DNA of 63,759 bases, filler included, from Lenisia limosa (GCA_001655205.1; 11 parts of 11 records of this genome joined end to end with filler, not necessarily neighbours in it); one strand, 5' to 3'. Positions 1-14,433 are shown, numbered from the whole stretch's first letter. Translations and numbers: made by a program. The notes: a model not told the origin generated them from the sequence alone.

Positions 1-374
1 GCAAAGAACGCAACTTACATGGAGGGGAGCCTTATGGGCCTTCTTGTGGTTTAAACCATGAGCACAAAGACAATAGTTAATGCCTGGAAGGGTTACGAGT
101 AACATACAACAAAAAAATGCTTGATGTTGACAATTATAGAAATGAGGTATAAAAACAAGGTTGTATCCGCTAAAGCCGTCCACACCATCACGATTATAAG
201 ATGTATTGGATTAGAGTATAACACAATTTACCCAATCATTTGCCTTACAACACTTCTCGTTACTTTAGTGAGTTTTTTTTTTGAAAAACGCAAACTTGAG
301 CTGATTATTAACGTAAAAATATTAACCCCCAGTCCTGAGGGTTACAACTATAAACGTATACCCCCAGACCAGAT

Positions 375-915
375 TTAAGATCCGTGGTAACGAAGGTGGA
401 GTTGACATAGCCCCATGTAGACACCCATCCTGGCGAGTCTGGAGAGGTTTAGCCTTAGGCTTCTAACTTGAAGATTATATCACGCAAAGCAAAAGAAGCC
501 ATATCACCACGATTTGATTTGTCCTATTCTCTTGGAATAATACACGAACATTAGAAAGTCTTGACCGATTTTTCTAAAGGGAAATCGGATTCAGTCGGTC
601 AAGACTTGTCACTACTGAAAAAAGAAGACATGAGCATCCGATTAGTTGATTGACTCGGAAAGATTGACTTTCAGATACACAAGAAACCAACAAAACTTTG
701 ACTAAAGTATACCACTGGACCCAGGAAAATGTCTACACCACTGGTTATATTGCTCAATGAATCGGAAAGTTAGAGTTATGGGTTCATAACACAACTTACA
801 TACCTTCGGTACCGACAGCAGCAAAGCCGATATCCCGTGTGTACTTCGTGTAAGCAGCAAAAGGGGCTCCAGCTACCAATGAAGCGGCAATGAGAACCAA
901 AAGAGCAGAGATCAT
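375..915 (-). CDS. Hypothetical secreted protein, multi-exon, 3' end unresolved
   Basis: ATG at 915 gives MISALLVLIAASLVAGAPFAAYTKYTRDIGFAAVGTE, a signal-peptide-like start followed by a GTATGT donor. A likely downstream exon reads SPDSPGWVSTWGYVNSTFVTTD at about 380-450. Confidence 0.45.
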
Positions 916-1288
916 AGTAAAGATAAGTCAATCTGAAGTTTGGCCAAGTCTATCACCCGTCTGGCTAGTGTATTTGTCTATAAATGTCCTAAATATACTA
1001 ACTTAAAGTCAAAGTTTATCCTCAGAGCGGATTTTCACAAATTTTCCATTTTTGGTAAAAATCTAGATCTCATAGATCTTGTTGCAATTTGTCATATCTG
1101 TCTGCTCTCACAAGTTCAATATTTCTTCAATTCTTCTATTTGCTATATTGAGATAACAATAGCACACTACAAAAATCATTCCCGATTACGTTGCGATTAC
1201 GTCTGTGATGCCAAAAAAACCACCTCACCAAGGGAAAACAAATTGAATGAAACGAAACACAGAAAGAAACAATAATATAAAGGCTGGC

Positions 1289-4275
1289 TTAGAGCTTGAA
1301 CGAGTCCTCAATGAGTCTGCTCAGCTCCAAACGGTCATAGTAGTTATTACCCGAAGCAACTGCTGCCATAGGGGGGCGGCCAAAGAATTTCTGCAGTGTG
1401 AACTAAAAATAGAGCATTGTCTTTCACCATCTCTCAAAAACGTGGTTTCGGCTAGATCCATCATTTTATTGCCCATTCAAACCACCAAGAATTGTATTTG
1501 GAGAGATAATAATGCTAATTTGATAGATTCATTCAGCTGTGGACTCTCCTGTTAATCAAGATCCCCCCCCCCCTTTTTTTTTTTTNNNNNNNNNNNNNNN
1601 NNNNNNNNNNNNNNNNNNNNNNNNNNNNNNNNNNNNNNNNNNNNNNNNNNNNNNNNNNNNNNNNNNNNNCCAAGTATAATACTACAATAAAATGTAGACC
1701 ATAGAAAGGAGTCCTCAAAAGGGCTACATGACCCAAGCTCCCCCCTACAGGTTGCTTTCCTGTCACAGTCTGGATGATGTTGCGGACGTGCGAAAAGGCA
1801 CCCATGTTTTTGGGCTCTTCCTGGGTCCAGACAACCTCGGCTCCAGGATATCTGAGGGGAGTGAAAAGAAACAAATGATAACCGAAATCTATTATTCTGA
1901 TTATGGTACTCCTGAGTCATAATAGAGTAGTATAATAACTATATAATATGATAAAATATACTATGATATATCGTTTTGTAGATCTATTTTAGAACCCTGA
2001 TTCATTCAATATGATATATGCTCAATATGATAATATATCGATGTTATCGTGTTCTTCAGATATTTAGCCTGCAAACGATTCGGCAGTGGCCTTGATAAAC
2101 TCATTGTGGGGGAATGGAGACAGCTGCTCCACCCGCACAATGGCGACGTCCTCAACTTCTGGGGGTGGGGGTGGTTATGTCAGCTAATGTGAAGTATGGG
2201 GATGATTACGTCAGCTAATGCGATGATGGTTGGGTGTAAGGGGGAAGTGGGTAGAAGACATTTGGTTGCCGTGTCATTAACTGTGTTTTTTTCTTTTAGG
2301 ATCCCCCCCCCCCACCATATTTGTTGCGGTAATCATTCAGATCGTAGTAGACCTGGCCGGAACAGGCAACAACACGCTTCACCTTCTATATTTGGTAAGT
2401 CATAAAGAACAAAAGTGCTGCCATTCAAAACAATGAGAGAGAGAAAAGCCGTTTAGGGTCTTCTGTGAATTATTTGAATCTTTTTTGTCCAGAGAGAAAC
2501 AGCATTATCTAATTCACCAAGATGTTAAAGTAACGCAACAAGGGAATAAAACATCGGGGGTGCGACCACCAACCTCGGGGCTCTTAACATGGGGGTCGTT
2601 GATAACCGGCTGGAACTCTGTTGACGCCATGAAATCTGGGGGGAGGGTGAGTGACTAATTTGAAGTTCGGGGTGAATAAAAGGGAAAGATTCATACTTTG
2701 AGAATTTGATTTATCAAAATTATGGAAAACACAAGTTAGAAGTGCCAATTGTGGCAACCAAATAAAATCCAATAGTGTGTCATATGAAAGTTCAAGGAAA
2801 GGTAACTTTATAATGAAACATGGGGAGTGAAGAAGCAAAGTACAGCTGAAGAAATATTGCGAACTTTCGAGCATACAATATCAATTAGCTGTACTACCGC
2901 TTACCTTGGAACATACAAAATCAAATAATATATCATATACTAGACTATACTTTGCGAACCTTCGACAGGGGACACGCACGCGGCCAACTTCAGAAGGCGC
3001 TTAGGGGACATGACAATGAGAGGCTGGGGGGGGGGGGGNNNNNNNNNNNNNNNNNNNNNNNNNNNNNNNNNNNNNNNNNNNNNNNNNNNNNNNNNNNNNN
3101 NNNNNNNNNNNNNNNNNNNNNNNNNNNNNNNNNNNNNNNNNNNNNNNNNNNNNNNNNNNNNNNNNNNNNNNNNNNNNNNNNNNNNNNNNTTCTGAAATCG
3201 CGATAGATCTGGCGGCGGAGGAGATGGAAGTAGTTGGCGGGAGTTGAGGGGTTGGTGACCTGAAAAGTCAACACTCAGTGGACACTTGAAGAGTTGTTCA
3301 GATATGGATTCCAGGGGTAATTAGATATTGACATTTGATACAATATGACATCATATGTAACTTTAAACTGTGTTATCCAAATTCCACCCCCCCCCCNNNN
3401 NNNNNNCTAGCCGAGACCCTCACCTGCAAGTTGTAGTTGTGGTTGCAGCTGTCACAGTCAGGGATGGAATCAACGTCCTCGTCACAGAGCTGGAGATAGC
3501 GCTCCAAACGGGCTGATGAATGCTCTGGTCCCTGTCCCTCGTATCTAATGGAGGGGTGTTATATTGGCGTGATACGAAGGGGAGGGTAGTTTTGGTGATA
3601 TGCGAACTAAAATGGAAGAAACCACCAAATAGCAAAGTATCAAATGGAGGGAGTTTTCTGACAAAAAAAAAAACAACAACAACATTGTATACTTCCTTAA
3701 AACAATTTCNNNNNNNNNNNNNNNNNNNNNNNNNNNNNNNNNNNNNNNNNNNNNNNNNNNNNNNNNNNNNNNNNNNNNNNNNNNNNNNNNNNNNNNNNNN
3801 NNNNNNNNNNNNNNNNNNNNNNNNNNNNNNNNNNNNNNNNNNNNNNNNNNNNNNNNNNNNNNNNNNNNNNNNNNNNNNNNNNNNNNNNNNNNNNNNNNNN
3901 NNNNNNNNNNNNNNNNNNNNNNNNNNNNNNNNCCACTTCTGCTCTCCTCCACTAATGAACTGATCAAAAATAATCTGAAATGTCAGTGGTGAAAATATTG
4001 AAAGTAGATATCATATGCACTGATTCAACAGGTAAGGGAAACAAAAAAACATGCAGATGATTCGAGAGGGGGGGACATTAGGACATTAGGATCGTGTCCT
4101 TGAGTTACCAGACGAGTGTAACAGGTCACTTAAATTGTTCCAGATACTCCCTGAACTATTTCCCATTGCCACATGACCCCCTCCCATACCTGAGCACCAT
4201 TGGCAAAGTCGCCGAATTGGGCTTCCCACAGGACAAGCTGGTTGGGGTGTTCCAGAGAGTATCCGAGCTCAAATC
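1289..4275 (-). CDS. OGDH: 2-oxoglutarate dehydrogenase E1 component, C-terminal part, multi-exon
   Basis: Spliced exons give [124 protein letters not shown] and [12 protein letters not shown]...SFKL*, all hallmark OGDH motifs. Confidence 0.95.
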
Positions 4276-4799
4276 CTGGTATGATGAGGGGGAGGCAAAG
4301 GAAAAAAGGACATTAACTCTGTGAATAGTTATCTTATCTGAATTCTGCCGAAATTTAACTTTCGGTTTCTCTCAGTAAACTTGGATATATTCCAATATCA
4401 CAGCATTAAACTCCAAATCAAGTGCGGATAAGATAGCGCCACAATCTCCCCACCCCCCCCCCCCACCANNNNNNNNNNNNNNNNNNNNNNNNNNNNNNNN
4501 NNNNNNNNNNNNTTAATTAATTAANNNNNNNNNNNNNNNNNNNNNNNNNNNNNNNNNNNNNNNNNNNNACCTGACATAACTTATCCCGAGGTGAAGGTCA
4601 TCAATCGCCACAAATAAGTTGCGCTAAATTGTTATAAAAGGGGTTTCACTGAGATTGTGTCATATTTTATCCAATTTTCTCATATTTTATCCAATTGTCT
4701 CATATTTTATCAACATTTTATCATATTTTTATCATATTTTATCACTATCACAAATAAAGAGTCAGATCAAAGTGTAATTCTATGAGATTAATTCGGAGG

Positions 4800-6450
4800 A
4801 AGATGATAGTTAACACGTGAAGCCATCGACTCCGTCGCAGAAAGAGATGGTAGGCTATAATAAAAAAACATCTATTATTTCCCTGAGATACTGTAAAATC
4901 CCCATCAAATAAGAGAAATACCAAAGTTACATAATATATGAAATAATATTGCATAGCCCCCTCACATGAGTAGTCATTCCAAAGGTTCTGTTGTAGAAGG
5001 CATCGAGGTCGACAGGACTCTGGAATGTCAGTTTGAAAAAGGCTTTATTTTGACAGTGTCATGAAAAGCTGTATTTTTCTATACGTAGTAAATTTTGGGG
5101 AAAAGACTAGCTTTATTCAATATTACCATTTATCAAACTTTCTATCTCATATACGATATGGTATTGAGCCTTCCATATTTGATATAAGGGCATAAAAATG
5201 AAAAAAGAGCAGGATAACAGTTTCCAAAGATATATCAAGACTATGCATTAAGTTTCTTGAATTATTTCGCGACTTTTCAAATATTGGTGTTGAGTAATTT
5301 GATTATTAGTTTCTTTGCACCATGTATTTGTGCTTAAATCCAATTTAGGGGTCAAGAAAGAAGTCTTCCCCCACATTTGCAAACTTTAGTAAAACATGCA
5401 ATTTTAGAGAGTGAGATGTCTACAGCATTGAATATTGATCAAATTAGCGAGTCGTTCTTTAGGTGTCTTTACACGCTGGAAAATGGTATTTCATCGTTCT
5501 TTAGGTGGCTTTACACGGTGGAAAAGAAACAATTTTGCGCATATTCCGTGATACCACTGTAGCATTTCCAGAGTTCTTTCCCACAGGAGTTGGTTCTGAT
5601 GCCAAAGAAACCCATCGACTCATCGAAAGTGTCGAAAACACGATAGCTGCTGAAGTGTTAGCACACACGTCAAAAATGCCACTCTTCTTCACCAGTACTC
5701 CCGGAGTAGAAAATGCAACAAAAAGATGCTGGTATTCTCGGCAACATTTATTTCGCCAATTTGTGTAATGTAAGAACAAAATTCCTTCTTCACATTTCTG
5801 ACAACACGATGCGCATTAATAATAGCTGCCGTTGGGGGCACCCTCTGATGAGAAACCTACTCGGTCGTCCGCATGCGACAGTACTGCGTTACCTGGATCA
5901 CTGCAGTGTTACTGTACAAAAGCCTTTTTTAAAAGATGAAGTGCCGTCAGTTATTCCTTCATTACCAGACCAATCTGAGCCCACTGAAGCACAAGTCTTC
6001 AACTTTGGGTCATTGGCCAAGTTTAGCCGCAAACACAGCAATCGATGCAGAGTCTCGCATGTCATTTCTTGAAGGCCTCTGCGGGTACGTTTAGTCAGAG
6101 TACGAAAACCACAAATCCTCTGGTATGATGTTTCTCTTGGCGGTTATCAAATTTGTGATGCAACAAAGCAATACCGACTGTTCTTGATTGTTCTGCTTGC
6201 GACATACTCCATTCAATGTTCGATAAAAAGTTATTGGTTCTTGATAATGAAACAGTTTTCTTAAAGGTTAAAAATTATGGAATTCGATGTTTAAATGTTC
6301 ATTCTCCCAATGTTGTTGAAACACTATCAATGTTTGTGATTGAACTGTCGTTTGATCTGGATGCGGTTATTACGTCAATAATGTTAATGATCAATGTACG
6401 GCACTGCTGGGATGTTTTGACAGTTTGTGCCTGTGTGAAGAAAGACTTAC
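4800..6450 (-). CDS. Hypothetical multi-exon protein
   Basis: Splice-bounded open segments such as YRVFDTFDESMGFFGIRTNSCGKELWKCYS (about 5540-5630) and SPVDLDAFYNRTFGMTTH (about 4965-5020). No family recognised. Confidence 0.3.
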
Positions 6451-7879
6451 TGGTTTGTTAATTTTCTCTAATTTAGATGTTTAGTTTAAGGTGTTTGCGC
6501 ATCTTTTGCAACGAAGTTGCTGAGGTGATTGACTTGAGTAATCATTTTTTAAATCGCTATGAAAAATTAACAATAAATACAGACAGCCCTGTGAAAATTA
6601 TGATATATTATACATATCCATATCGATCTGACTACATTAAAATGAGCAATCCGATAACTGGCAAGACACCAAAGGCTACAATAAAGAAGTTATGATGNNN
6701 NNNNNNNNNNNNNNNNNNNNNNNNNNNNNNNNNNNNNNNNNNNNNNNNNNNNNNNNNNNNNNNNNNNNNNNNNNNNNNNNNNNNNNNNNNNNNNNNNNNN
6801 NNNNNNNNNNNNNNNNNNNNNNNNNNNNNNNNNNNNNNNNNNNNNNNNNNNNNNNNNNNNNNNNNNNNNNNNNNNNNNNNNNNNTAATTAGTTTCACAGA
6901 TTCTATTTTCAAGGAATTTAATGAACAGCAACTAGTGCCAAAACACCCATCTTAATCGTTCTTATGGTTATGATGCATTAATCTGTTTTGCAGATTTTAT
7001 TGTAAAGTAATTATTATTTCTCCCAAACAATAATCCCTTAACCTACATAAGTACTGAGCTCCTTGAATGTCTCAATTTCCATACACTTTGCCTAGAATCG
7101 TGAATGTCATGGATGACACAGCTATTGCATTGTTATTATTACCTACTTTCAAATATTTTTTTAAATACAACTTTATTTCTACAATAGTCAGACGGAGTTT
7201 TGGCCTAAAATACAACTCTAGCAAGACTCACATTTACTTTAAGCAAGAAGCGAAGGAATAAATTGAAGAATAAAGCAAAATACTCAACTCGCTTGGTGAT
7301 GCGTTTTAAAAACAGATGAGTATTTAAAAATTAAGGACTCAGTCAGCCGCTTCTATCAACAGTACCGATCCATCACCACAAAGCCAAACACCCACAATTT
7401 CAGAGAGTCTCTCATAGAATGGAACGTCTTCTTTCGTTGTTGTTCCAAGGAGATTCCTAACAGTTGTTAAATACAGGGTTAGCTATCTCTTAAAAAAAAT
7501 ACATTAAACAGTAATAAAGTTGTATTTTATTTTGTCTCTATCACCCCCTCAAGATTGTACCCAAGGTTTCTGCGGTCCGAAAAAGACCGTCAAAATATCG
7601 ATATTTATCGAGGATCTATCGAGAAATTCAGTCTATTATATGACCGTAATGAAGCCTGATTGTGCCCCCAATCCAAGCTGTGTTTCCACGCTCTCTTTCA
7701 TCAAATAAATCAAACACATCATTCAGAAACCTCCCCCCCCCCCCTACAAANNNNNNNNNNNNNNNNNNNNNNNNNNNNNNNNNNNNNNNNNNNNTTAATT
7801 AATTAANNNNNNNNNNNNNNNNNNNNNNNNNNNNNNNNNNNNNNNNNNNNACGAGAGTTGATAAAAACAAAACAAACAA

Positions 7880-10800
7880 AGCCCTTCTGCAGCACCGCAT
7901 CTGAAATAAGGTTGTTTGATTTAGAAACAAAACCACGAGATAACACAAAGTACCAAACAGTTGCCCCTCCCCCGGACCAGTGCCGCGAGGTCAGCCATCA
8001 TCTTCTCAGTCCTGCAGAACTCTCCAGCAACTGCCGCAATATTCGACTCATTTGACAGCGACAAGAGCGCCAGTCTAGGAGGGGGGGGGAGTAAAATTGG
8101 ACAATTTATGAAAAAAAGAAGCCCAAAATCAACTCTGTTGGCTGACAACACACTAGAGAGTGGGGGGTGGTAAAAAGATTACTGACATGACAAAAGCAAA
8201 CGAGTTGGCAAGATTGCGCCCACCTTCGCCGCTCAATATGGGCCAAGTCATCTTTTCGTTCCTGGAGGAGGCTCTTGCACACCCCTTGACTGGGCTTCTC
8301 GCTAGGCTTACGCGATCCTACCGGGTGATATTGGGTATAACTTGAGGGGAAGGTACGGAACAAACAATATCATTCCATTAGCTAAATACAATAACTATTC
8401 TATGAGCTTACACAGTAGCCATTCTCTATGAACTAAATACTTGATAAACACAAGGACAGCTGCATAATAAAACAAGCCAGTGGCTTTTGTAGCACTGCAT
8501 CCCATCACCCAGTTAAAACAATACAACGGGAGGGGAAGGGGCATGCACAAACAAAACAATCATGTATTATATACACTGACCATAGTAAATCCTCACGTAT
8601 ATAGAACTTTATCTTTAGTCAATCGTGTCAGGACTTATCGCAGTCAGTTACAATGTACAAAACATTTTAAAAAAACCATATATAGAACGCATACAGCGAC
8701 CCCCCNNNNNNNNNNNNNNNNNNNNNNNNNNNNNNNNNNNNNNNNNNNNNNNNNNNNNNNNNNNNNNNNNNNNNNNNNNNNNNNNNNNNNNNNNNNNNNN
8801 NNNNAATTCAGCATTTTGCGCTTGTGTGACATGTCGTTGTGTGGAACCTAAATGGCAGGTGTCAGATAGTTACCATCACACTAGAATGAGGCAGTAAATA
8901 TTGATAATGAGAAGCTCCTCAGATTCACGCAGAATGTCAAAATATCCATTAACTTATCAAAACAGTTGAGCTTACGTGATTAAGGAAATTCTGGATCATT
9001 TGAGCTTCGTTCGCTCGGTAGTCTAATACTGGTCTTCTGAGGGGGAATAAGAAATGGTACTTGTGGTGATGCTGACATAGGTGCGATGGTATAGCGGTGG
9101 TGGAAGTGATGGTGGTATTGATATAATGTTGATGGTGGTAGTGATGATTATGATGGTGAATTAAGTAAATACCATTAACCAGAACATGAAAAAAGAGTAG
9201 CATTGGTAATAATCGCTAAATAAGATCAACAAGATCAACTGATACGGTAAGAGAGTCACTTTAATAACTTCGGACACCCCCCAAACTCGGAAGAAGTTGC
9301 TTCAGGACTCTCCTGAGGCTCAGCATCAATGGCCGCTTGCTCTTCGTTCGCCTGTTGCTCATAAACTTGCTCTCCTTCAACTTGTTCTCCTTCTAAGTGT
9401 TCTCCCTCAACTTGTTGTTCATCAGCTTCTTGCTCGTCTGCTTGCTGTTCATCAGCTTCTTGCCCGTCTGCCTGATCCTCTTCCACGCCTTGCTCAAACA
9501 CTTGTTCTTCCTTTTGTTCATATGTGTGTTCAATTTCGGCTTCTTCGACAGCAACACTCTCACCATCTTCTTCTTCTTCCATTTCTTTCCCATCCTCTTC
9601 TTGCTGCTCATCCTTGGCTTCGCCTTCCACACGATGTTCTTCGATTTTCCCCTCTTCTTCTTTACTTTCCATATCCCGAATAGCCCTCTCTCTTCCAAGA
9701 TCCTTGTCACTATCCGGTTTTCTAGCCGCTTCAGCTTCCGACAATTCCTCCGCTTCCGACAAACTGACATCCGATTCTTTCTCCATGAGATCGACAATCG
9801 GCTTAACCGCCTTCTTCGCGTGCCGGGATTCAGCAGCCTTGCCACTAGCTCTGCCGGACTTTTTGGGCAGGAACAGCCGAGCCCGGGCCGGACGGGCCGG
9901 ACGTGGCGACGGTGACCGTGACAATGAAGTGCGTGAGTCAAACGAGCGCGACCTGGATCTGGATCTGGAGCTGAAACTGGATCTAGATCTAGATCTTGAT
10001 GATCTCGAGTTGGACCTGGAAGTGATAAAAGCAGGATATAGTTCCAAAACCTGGCTCGGCGAAGGAAAAAAAAAGAACAGTTACCGAGCATGACGTAACT
10101 TGCATGGTTTAGATTTAGTTATGATTGTCATATTGATAAATCAGTAAACAATAGATAAAAGATTACGTCACCGTGCGATTATGTTCGGATAACCTTGACA
10201 ATTTTCTCGAACCTGCTTTAAGAGCCAAGAAACGTATTCCCGAAAACACAGAAACTAAGCACAATAATGTAAATATATATTATATTTGATATATACTGTA
10301 ATTATATGATACAGTATAATATTACTTACATAATTATCATATCATGGAGAGTATAAATTGATATTATCTGATAATTCTTGAAGTATTACTCCTCCTCTGA
10401 ACACACGATACCCCCAGGTACCTCGAGGGGCTTCGCGACGATTCGGTCAGCTGCGTGGGGTCCTTGAGGTCCTCCTCGTGACGGAGGGCGGTCTGTGGTG
10501 GCGGTGGTAAAATGCATGGAATGGACTCTTCAACTTTACAATAAACGTCCTTTTTCCTTTCTAAACCCCTTGTTACCTTCTGGTCAGCGGAGTTTCGCCG
10601 CTTCGGCTTCAGCCACTACAACAATAATAGGGAAATAGGGGTGACTTCATACATGAGGATACAATATAATATGATATAAAAATATGTAAAGTAAACGAAC
10701 AGCTACGAGTATTGCCATTAAAAACCCAGAGAACCAGACATACCATTGAGGTTGACCTTAGGGCTCTTTTCGACTTTGCACTAAACCGGTGAAAGAACAT

Positions 10801-13314
10801 CGTAATGTCTCTTGTGAAGGATTAAGTGCAAGAGAATGGATCCAAGGAGACTTTGGGTATGATATGAGGTTTCATTCATCAGAGCTGGGGGAAAAAGATG
10901 GTTCGTGTGAAATGATGCAAAAAACAAAGTGCATGCAATATATGATTTATATACAATATAATATACTATATGATATGCATACTTATATCATACGACACCC
11001 CACACCCACACAACAAAAAATATGATACACACCTCCCACATTACATAGCAATAAAAGAAGTAAACCCTCCAAACACGGCTAGGGCTTCACTTCGGTTCGA
11101 AAAAAGACTGCATGTATCGATAAATCGTCGAAAACTATCGATATTTTCCCGGTCTTTTTTGAATCGAAGTGAAGCCCTACATACAGCAAGCCTTGCCCCC
11201 CCCCCCCCNNNNNNNNNNNNNNNNNNNNNNNNNNNNNNNNNNNNNNNNNNNNNNNNNNNNNNNNNNNNNNNNNNNNNNNNNNNNNNNNNNNNNNNNNNNN
11301 NNNNNNNNNNNNNNNNNNNNNNNNNNNNNNNNNNNNNNNNNNNNNNNNNNNNNNNNNNNNTTCGCTGCATTCGCTCCCTCTCAGTCCCAAGAGCCTTCTT
11401 AGCTCTCTCCATTCTCCGCTCCTTCCTCAAGGCTTCGTCACGCTCCTCCATCTCCAAGGCCTGTCGCTCCCTCTCAAGCCGCGTTTCTCGTTCGCCTTCC
11501 GACTCGCTAAGTGAGAGTTTGTCCTTTTTTCTGGGGGGGGGGGGAGTAAAATTGGAAAATTTGTGAAACAAAAAAAAACCCCAAATCAACTCNNNNNNNN
11601 NNNNNNNNNNNNNNNNNNNNNNNNNNNNNNNNNNNNNNNNNNNNNNNNNNNNNNNNNNNNNNNNNNNNNNNNNNNNNNNNNNNNNNNNNNNNNNNNNNNN
11701 NNNNNNNNNNNNNNNNNNNNNNNNNNNNNNNNNNNGTGAACGGAAGGAAAAAGGAAAAATGTGTAAAAAACAAAAAAAAACGTTATTTGTGGGTAAAAAA
11801 CAACACAAAAACAAGAGCCCAAACCAGTTGCTTCATGAATTATATCCTTTCTCCCACAAAACTGGCCCACCAACGTGATTCAGCTAAACACATATACAGA
11901 GATCGGGAGTAGTTTTGACCGACTTTCCAACGGAAATCATAGAGCAAATCGGTCAAGACGTATCCCGGTCACTGTACATGTACCTTCCCTCCTTGTTAAT
12001 AGCCTGCCCACTTCTTCCTCCTCCTCTTCTTCGCCTCATCATCATCGTCACCAAGTAGCTTGTCCACAGCTAGCTTTGAGGCTTCAAGACGCTTCTTCTC
12101 ACGCCGCTGTCGGATCCGCTGAAAGCATAAGTCAAGTGTACTGGGCTGTTTATGCATTTACCACGATATTCAGGAGATTCATATCTAGGGGCTTCACTTC
12201 GGTTGAAAAAAAAAAAGACTAAATTTCTGATAAATCCTCGAAAACTATCGATTCTTTGAACCGAAGTGAAGTCCTATTCATATCACCCCAGCCACCTCCT
12301 TCCGTCTATCCTCGGCCTGGGCCTCAATTTCCGCGGCCTCTATGACGGCGATGGCCATCTTCCGCTTCCGATACGCGTCATCATCACTTCCGCTGTTGTA
12401 GCTATAGTTCTGGGGAGGGGGGGGGGTGAAAATAAAATAATATGTATAATATGTATAATATGTATAATATGTATAATATGTATCATAATGAAAGAGAAAA
12501 AAGCCCGTAATCAACGTTGATGGCTTGAATTGAAAACAACAAAATAAACAAAGCCCAGGCCAGGTGAAAATGGGAAATTTATGAAATCCTGGAGAGGAGG
12601 GGGGGGTAGCTGTAGCAGAGAACAAAGATTGGTTGATTGTGGGTGTTTCTTCTCATATATTTAATTATTTACCCTCTGGGCCTCCTTTGCCCCCGCCCCC
12701 TCCTACGTTTCTGGGCCTCCTTTTTCTCTCTTTCGGTGATGGGGAGCGAGATCGACTGTCGGAATATGACCTGAAATATGAGGCGTAGGAAGGGCCGAAC
12801 AATGTTGTGAGAAGACAGACCGTCAGGCATCTAGCAAGAACAAAAAATAAATATGATTACAGACGTATGTACAAGGTAGGGAGGACCGTGATGGTTTGGA
12901 ATAACCACACATACATACACATACAAATACCCCCACATTTCTAGTCAGTATCCCCTCCCCCCACCTGCTCCGTGACCGTGACCGTGAGTATGACCGAGAG
13001 CTAATTAGTCAGAAATGTGTTGCTGTAGTTTGCGATGTACAACAATATACTGTTTCATCATAGCATATTACAAATAAAAGCAAATAACGTATGGCATTAA
13101 TGTACAATAGATTATATTACCCATGGCAGGGTCTGATGCCGTCCACTCCATCATAGTAATGACGATAACATAGTATATGAGTAACACAAAACGAAACAAA
13201 AGCGAAAGGGCAACCAGAAACCCACAAACCGAGATCTACTCGATCTAGACCTAGACCTAGACCTTGAACGTGACCTGGAACGTGACCTAGACCTCGATCT
13301 GGAAGGCGAGCGAG
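7880..13314 (-). CDS. Large RS-domain / acidic coiled-coil protein, 5'-partial, possibly splicing-related
   Basis: RS dipeptide exons at 13240-13314, about 12965-13000 and 9900-10047. Charged helical exons (KKDKLSLSESEGERETRLERERQALE; YRKRKMAIAVIEAAEIEAQAE). A long E/Q-rich exon within ORF 9256-10047. Canonical GT-AG boundaries. Confidence 0.6.
11080..11179. mobile_element. MITE family M1, best copy, about 100 bp
   Basis: TIR TAGGGCTTCACTTCGGTTCGAAAAAAGAC ... GTCTTTTTTGAATCGAAGTGAAGCCCTA with TA at both ends. Related copies at 12186-12276, 43793-43867, 44331-44447, 44468-44540 (partial), 45003-45102, 46070-46156, 49029-49128, 57243-57341 and 7565-7637 (partial). Confidence 0.85.
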
Positions 13315-13446
13315 NNNNNNNNNNNNNNNNNNNNNNNNNNNNNNNNNNNNNNNNNNNNTTAATTAATTAANNNNNNNNNNNNNNNNNNNNNNNNNNNNNN
13401 NNNNNNNNNNNNNNATAATCATAAATTCCCATCACCCCCTTCCCCA

Positions 13447-14433
13447 GTCTCTTGCCACCCTCAACTACACTGCTGCCAAGGACAGTGAGATGACCATTGA
13501 AATATTTGCCCGTTCTGCTGATAACGACCGCATGGCCAAGGTCTCCGACGCCTTCGCTGATATGGTATGAACAATAACATTAAATCTGTCTTGATGAGCA
13601 ATTACATTATATCTGACTTGGTATGGGCCATTACACTAAATCTGACTTGATAAGCAATAACATTATATTTGACATTCCAACACAGTATGTTTCTACCCTC
13701 CTCCCCTCTAATACCGCAGATGGCCATGTACGGTGGACGTGTTGAGCTTCACGGTGACGACACTCCTGGTGGGCCCCGGATGCACTTTTATTATGGACAA
13801 TAAATGAACAATAGGTAATAAATACATTCATATTCAGAGACCTTCATTCACATCATTATCTGGCTTGGTTGATACTTGTGCTTCCTAAATAAACGTAAAA
13901 TAAAATGGTACTACAATTTCAGTTTTTTTATATTATTGTTGTTTTTATTATTATAATTATTATTATTATTACTTGTGTAACAACATCACTCAATCCATCA
14001 GAAGCACAAGAGCATCACTAATAGCACACAGGATGGCCCGCTGATATGGACTCTCCTCTCCTGACCACCATGGTTGAGGCCTTCAAGACCCTCTTCAAGT
14101 CCGACCCCAACATTGCCGCTATCCATGCAGGTTTGTGATAATGATATTATCAGCGTTAACAGACAGAGTTATTTTCTCCTTTTTAGCCCCCTCCCAAATT
14201 NNNNNNNNNNNNNNNNNNNNNNNNNNNNNNNNNNNNNNNNNNNNNNNNNNNNNNNNNNNNNNNNNNNNNNNNNNNNNNNNNNNNNNNNNNNNNNNNNNNN
14301 NNNNNNNNNNNNNNNNNNNTCCGTGGGCCCCACCATCGACGCCCCCCACACCCCTGACGAGTCCTGTGACGTGCCCACCATGAACAAGTGCATGGACCTG
14401 ATCAGGAAGATCGTTGTTGACTTCGCGGCCTAA
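13447..14433 (+). CDS. pepD: Aminoacyl-histidine dipeptidase (PepD, peptidase M20C-like), C-terminal part, with introns
   Basis: Exons give ...GDDTPG|WPADMDSPLLTTMVEAFKTLFKSDPNIAAIHAG|...VGPTIDAPHTPDESCDVPTM...FAA*. This matches the PepD C-terminal pattern PGW-x-P...IHAGLE...GPTI-x2-HSPDE; the LE part lies in an N gap. Confidence 0.8.

Noticed and set aside
5505-6072. Plus-strand ORFs as possible transposase remnants
   Set aside because: No DDE or THAP motif could be recognised. Splice-bounded minus-strand exons explain the region better.
9297-10093. Several long overlapping ORFs on both strands
   Set aside because: They are shadows of the low-complexity E/R/S-rich minus-strand exon.
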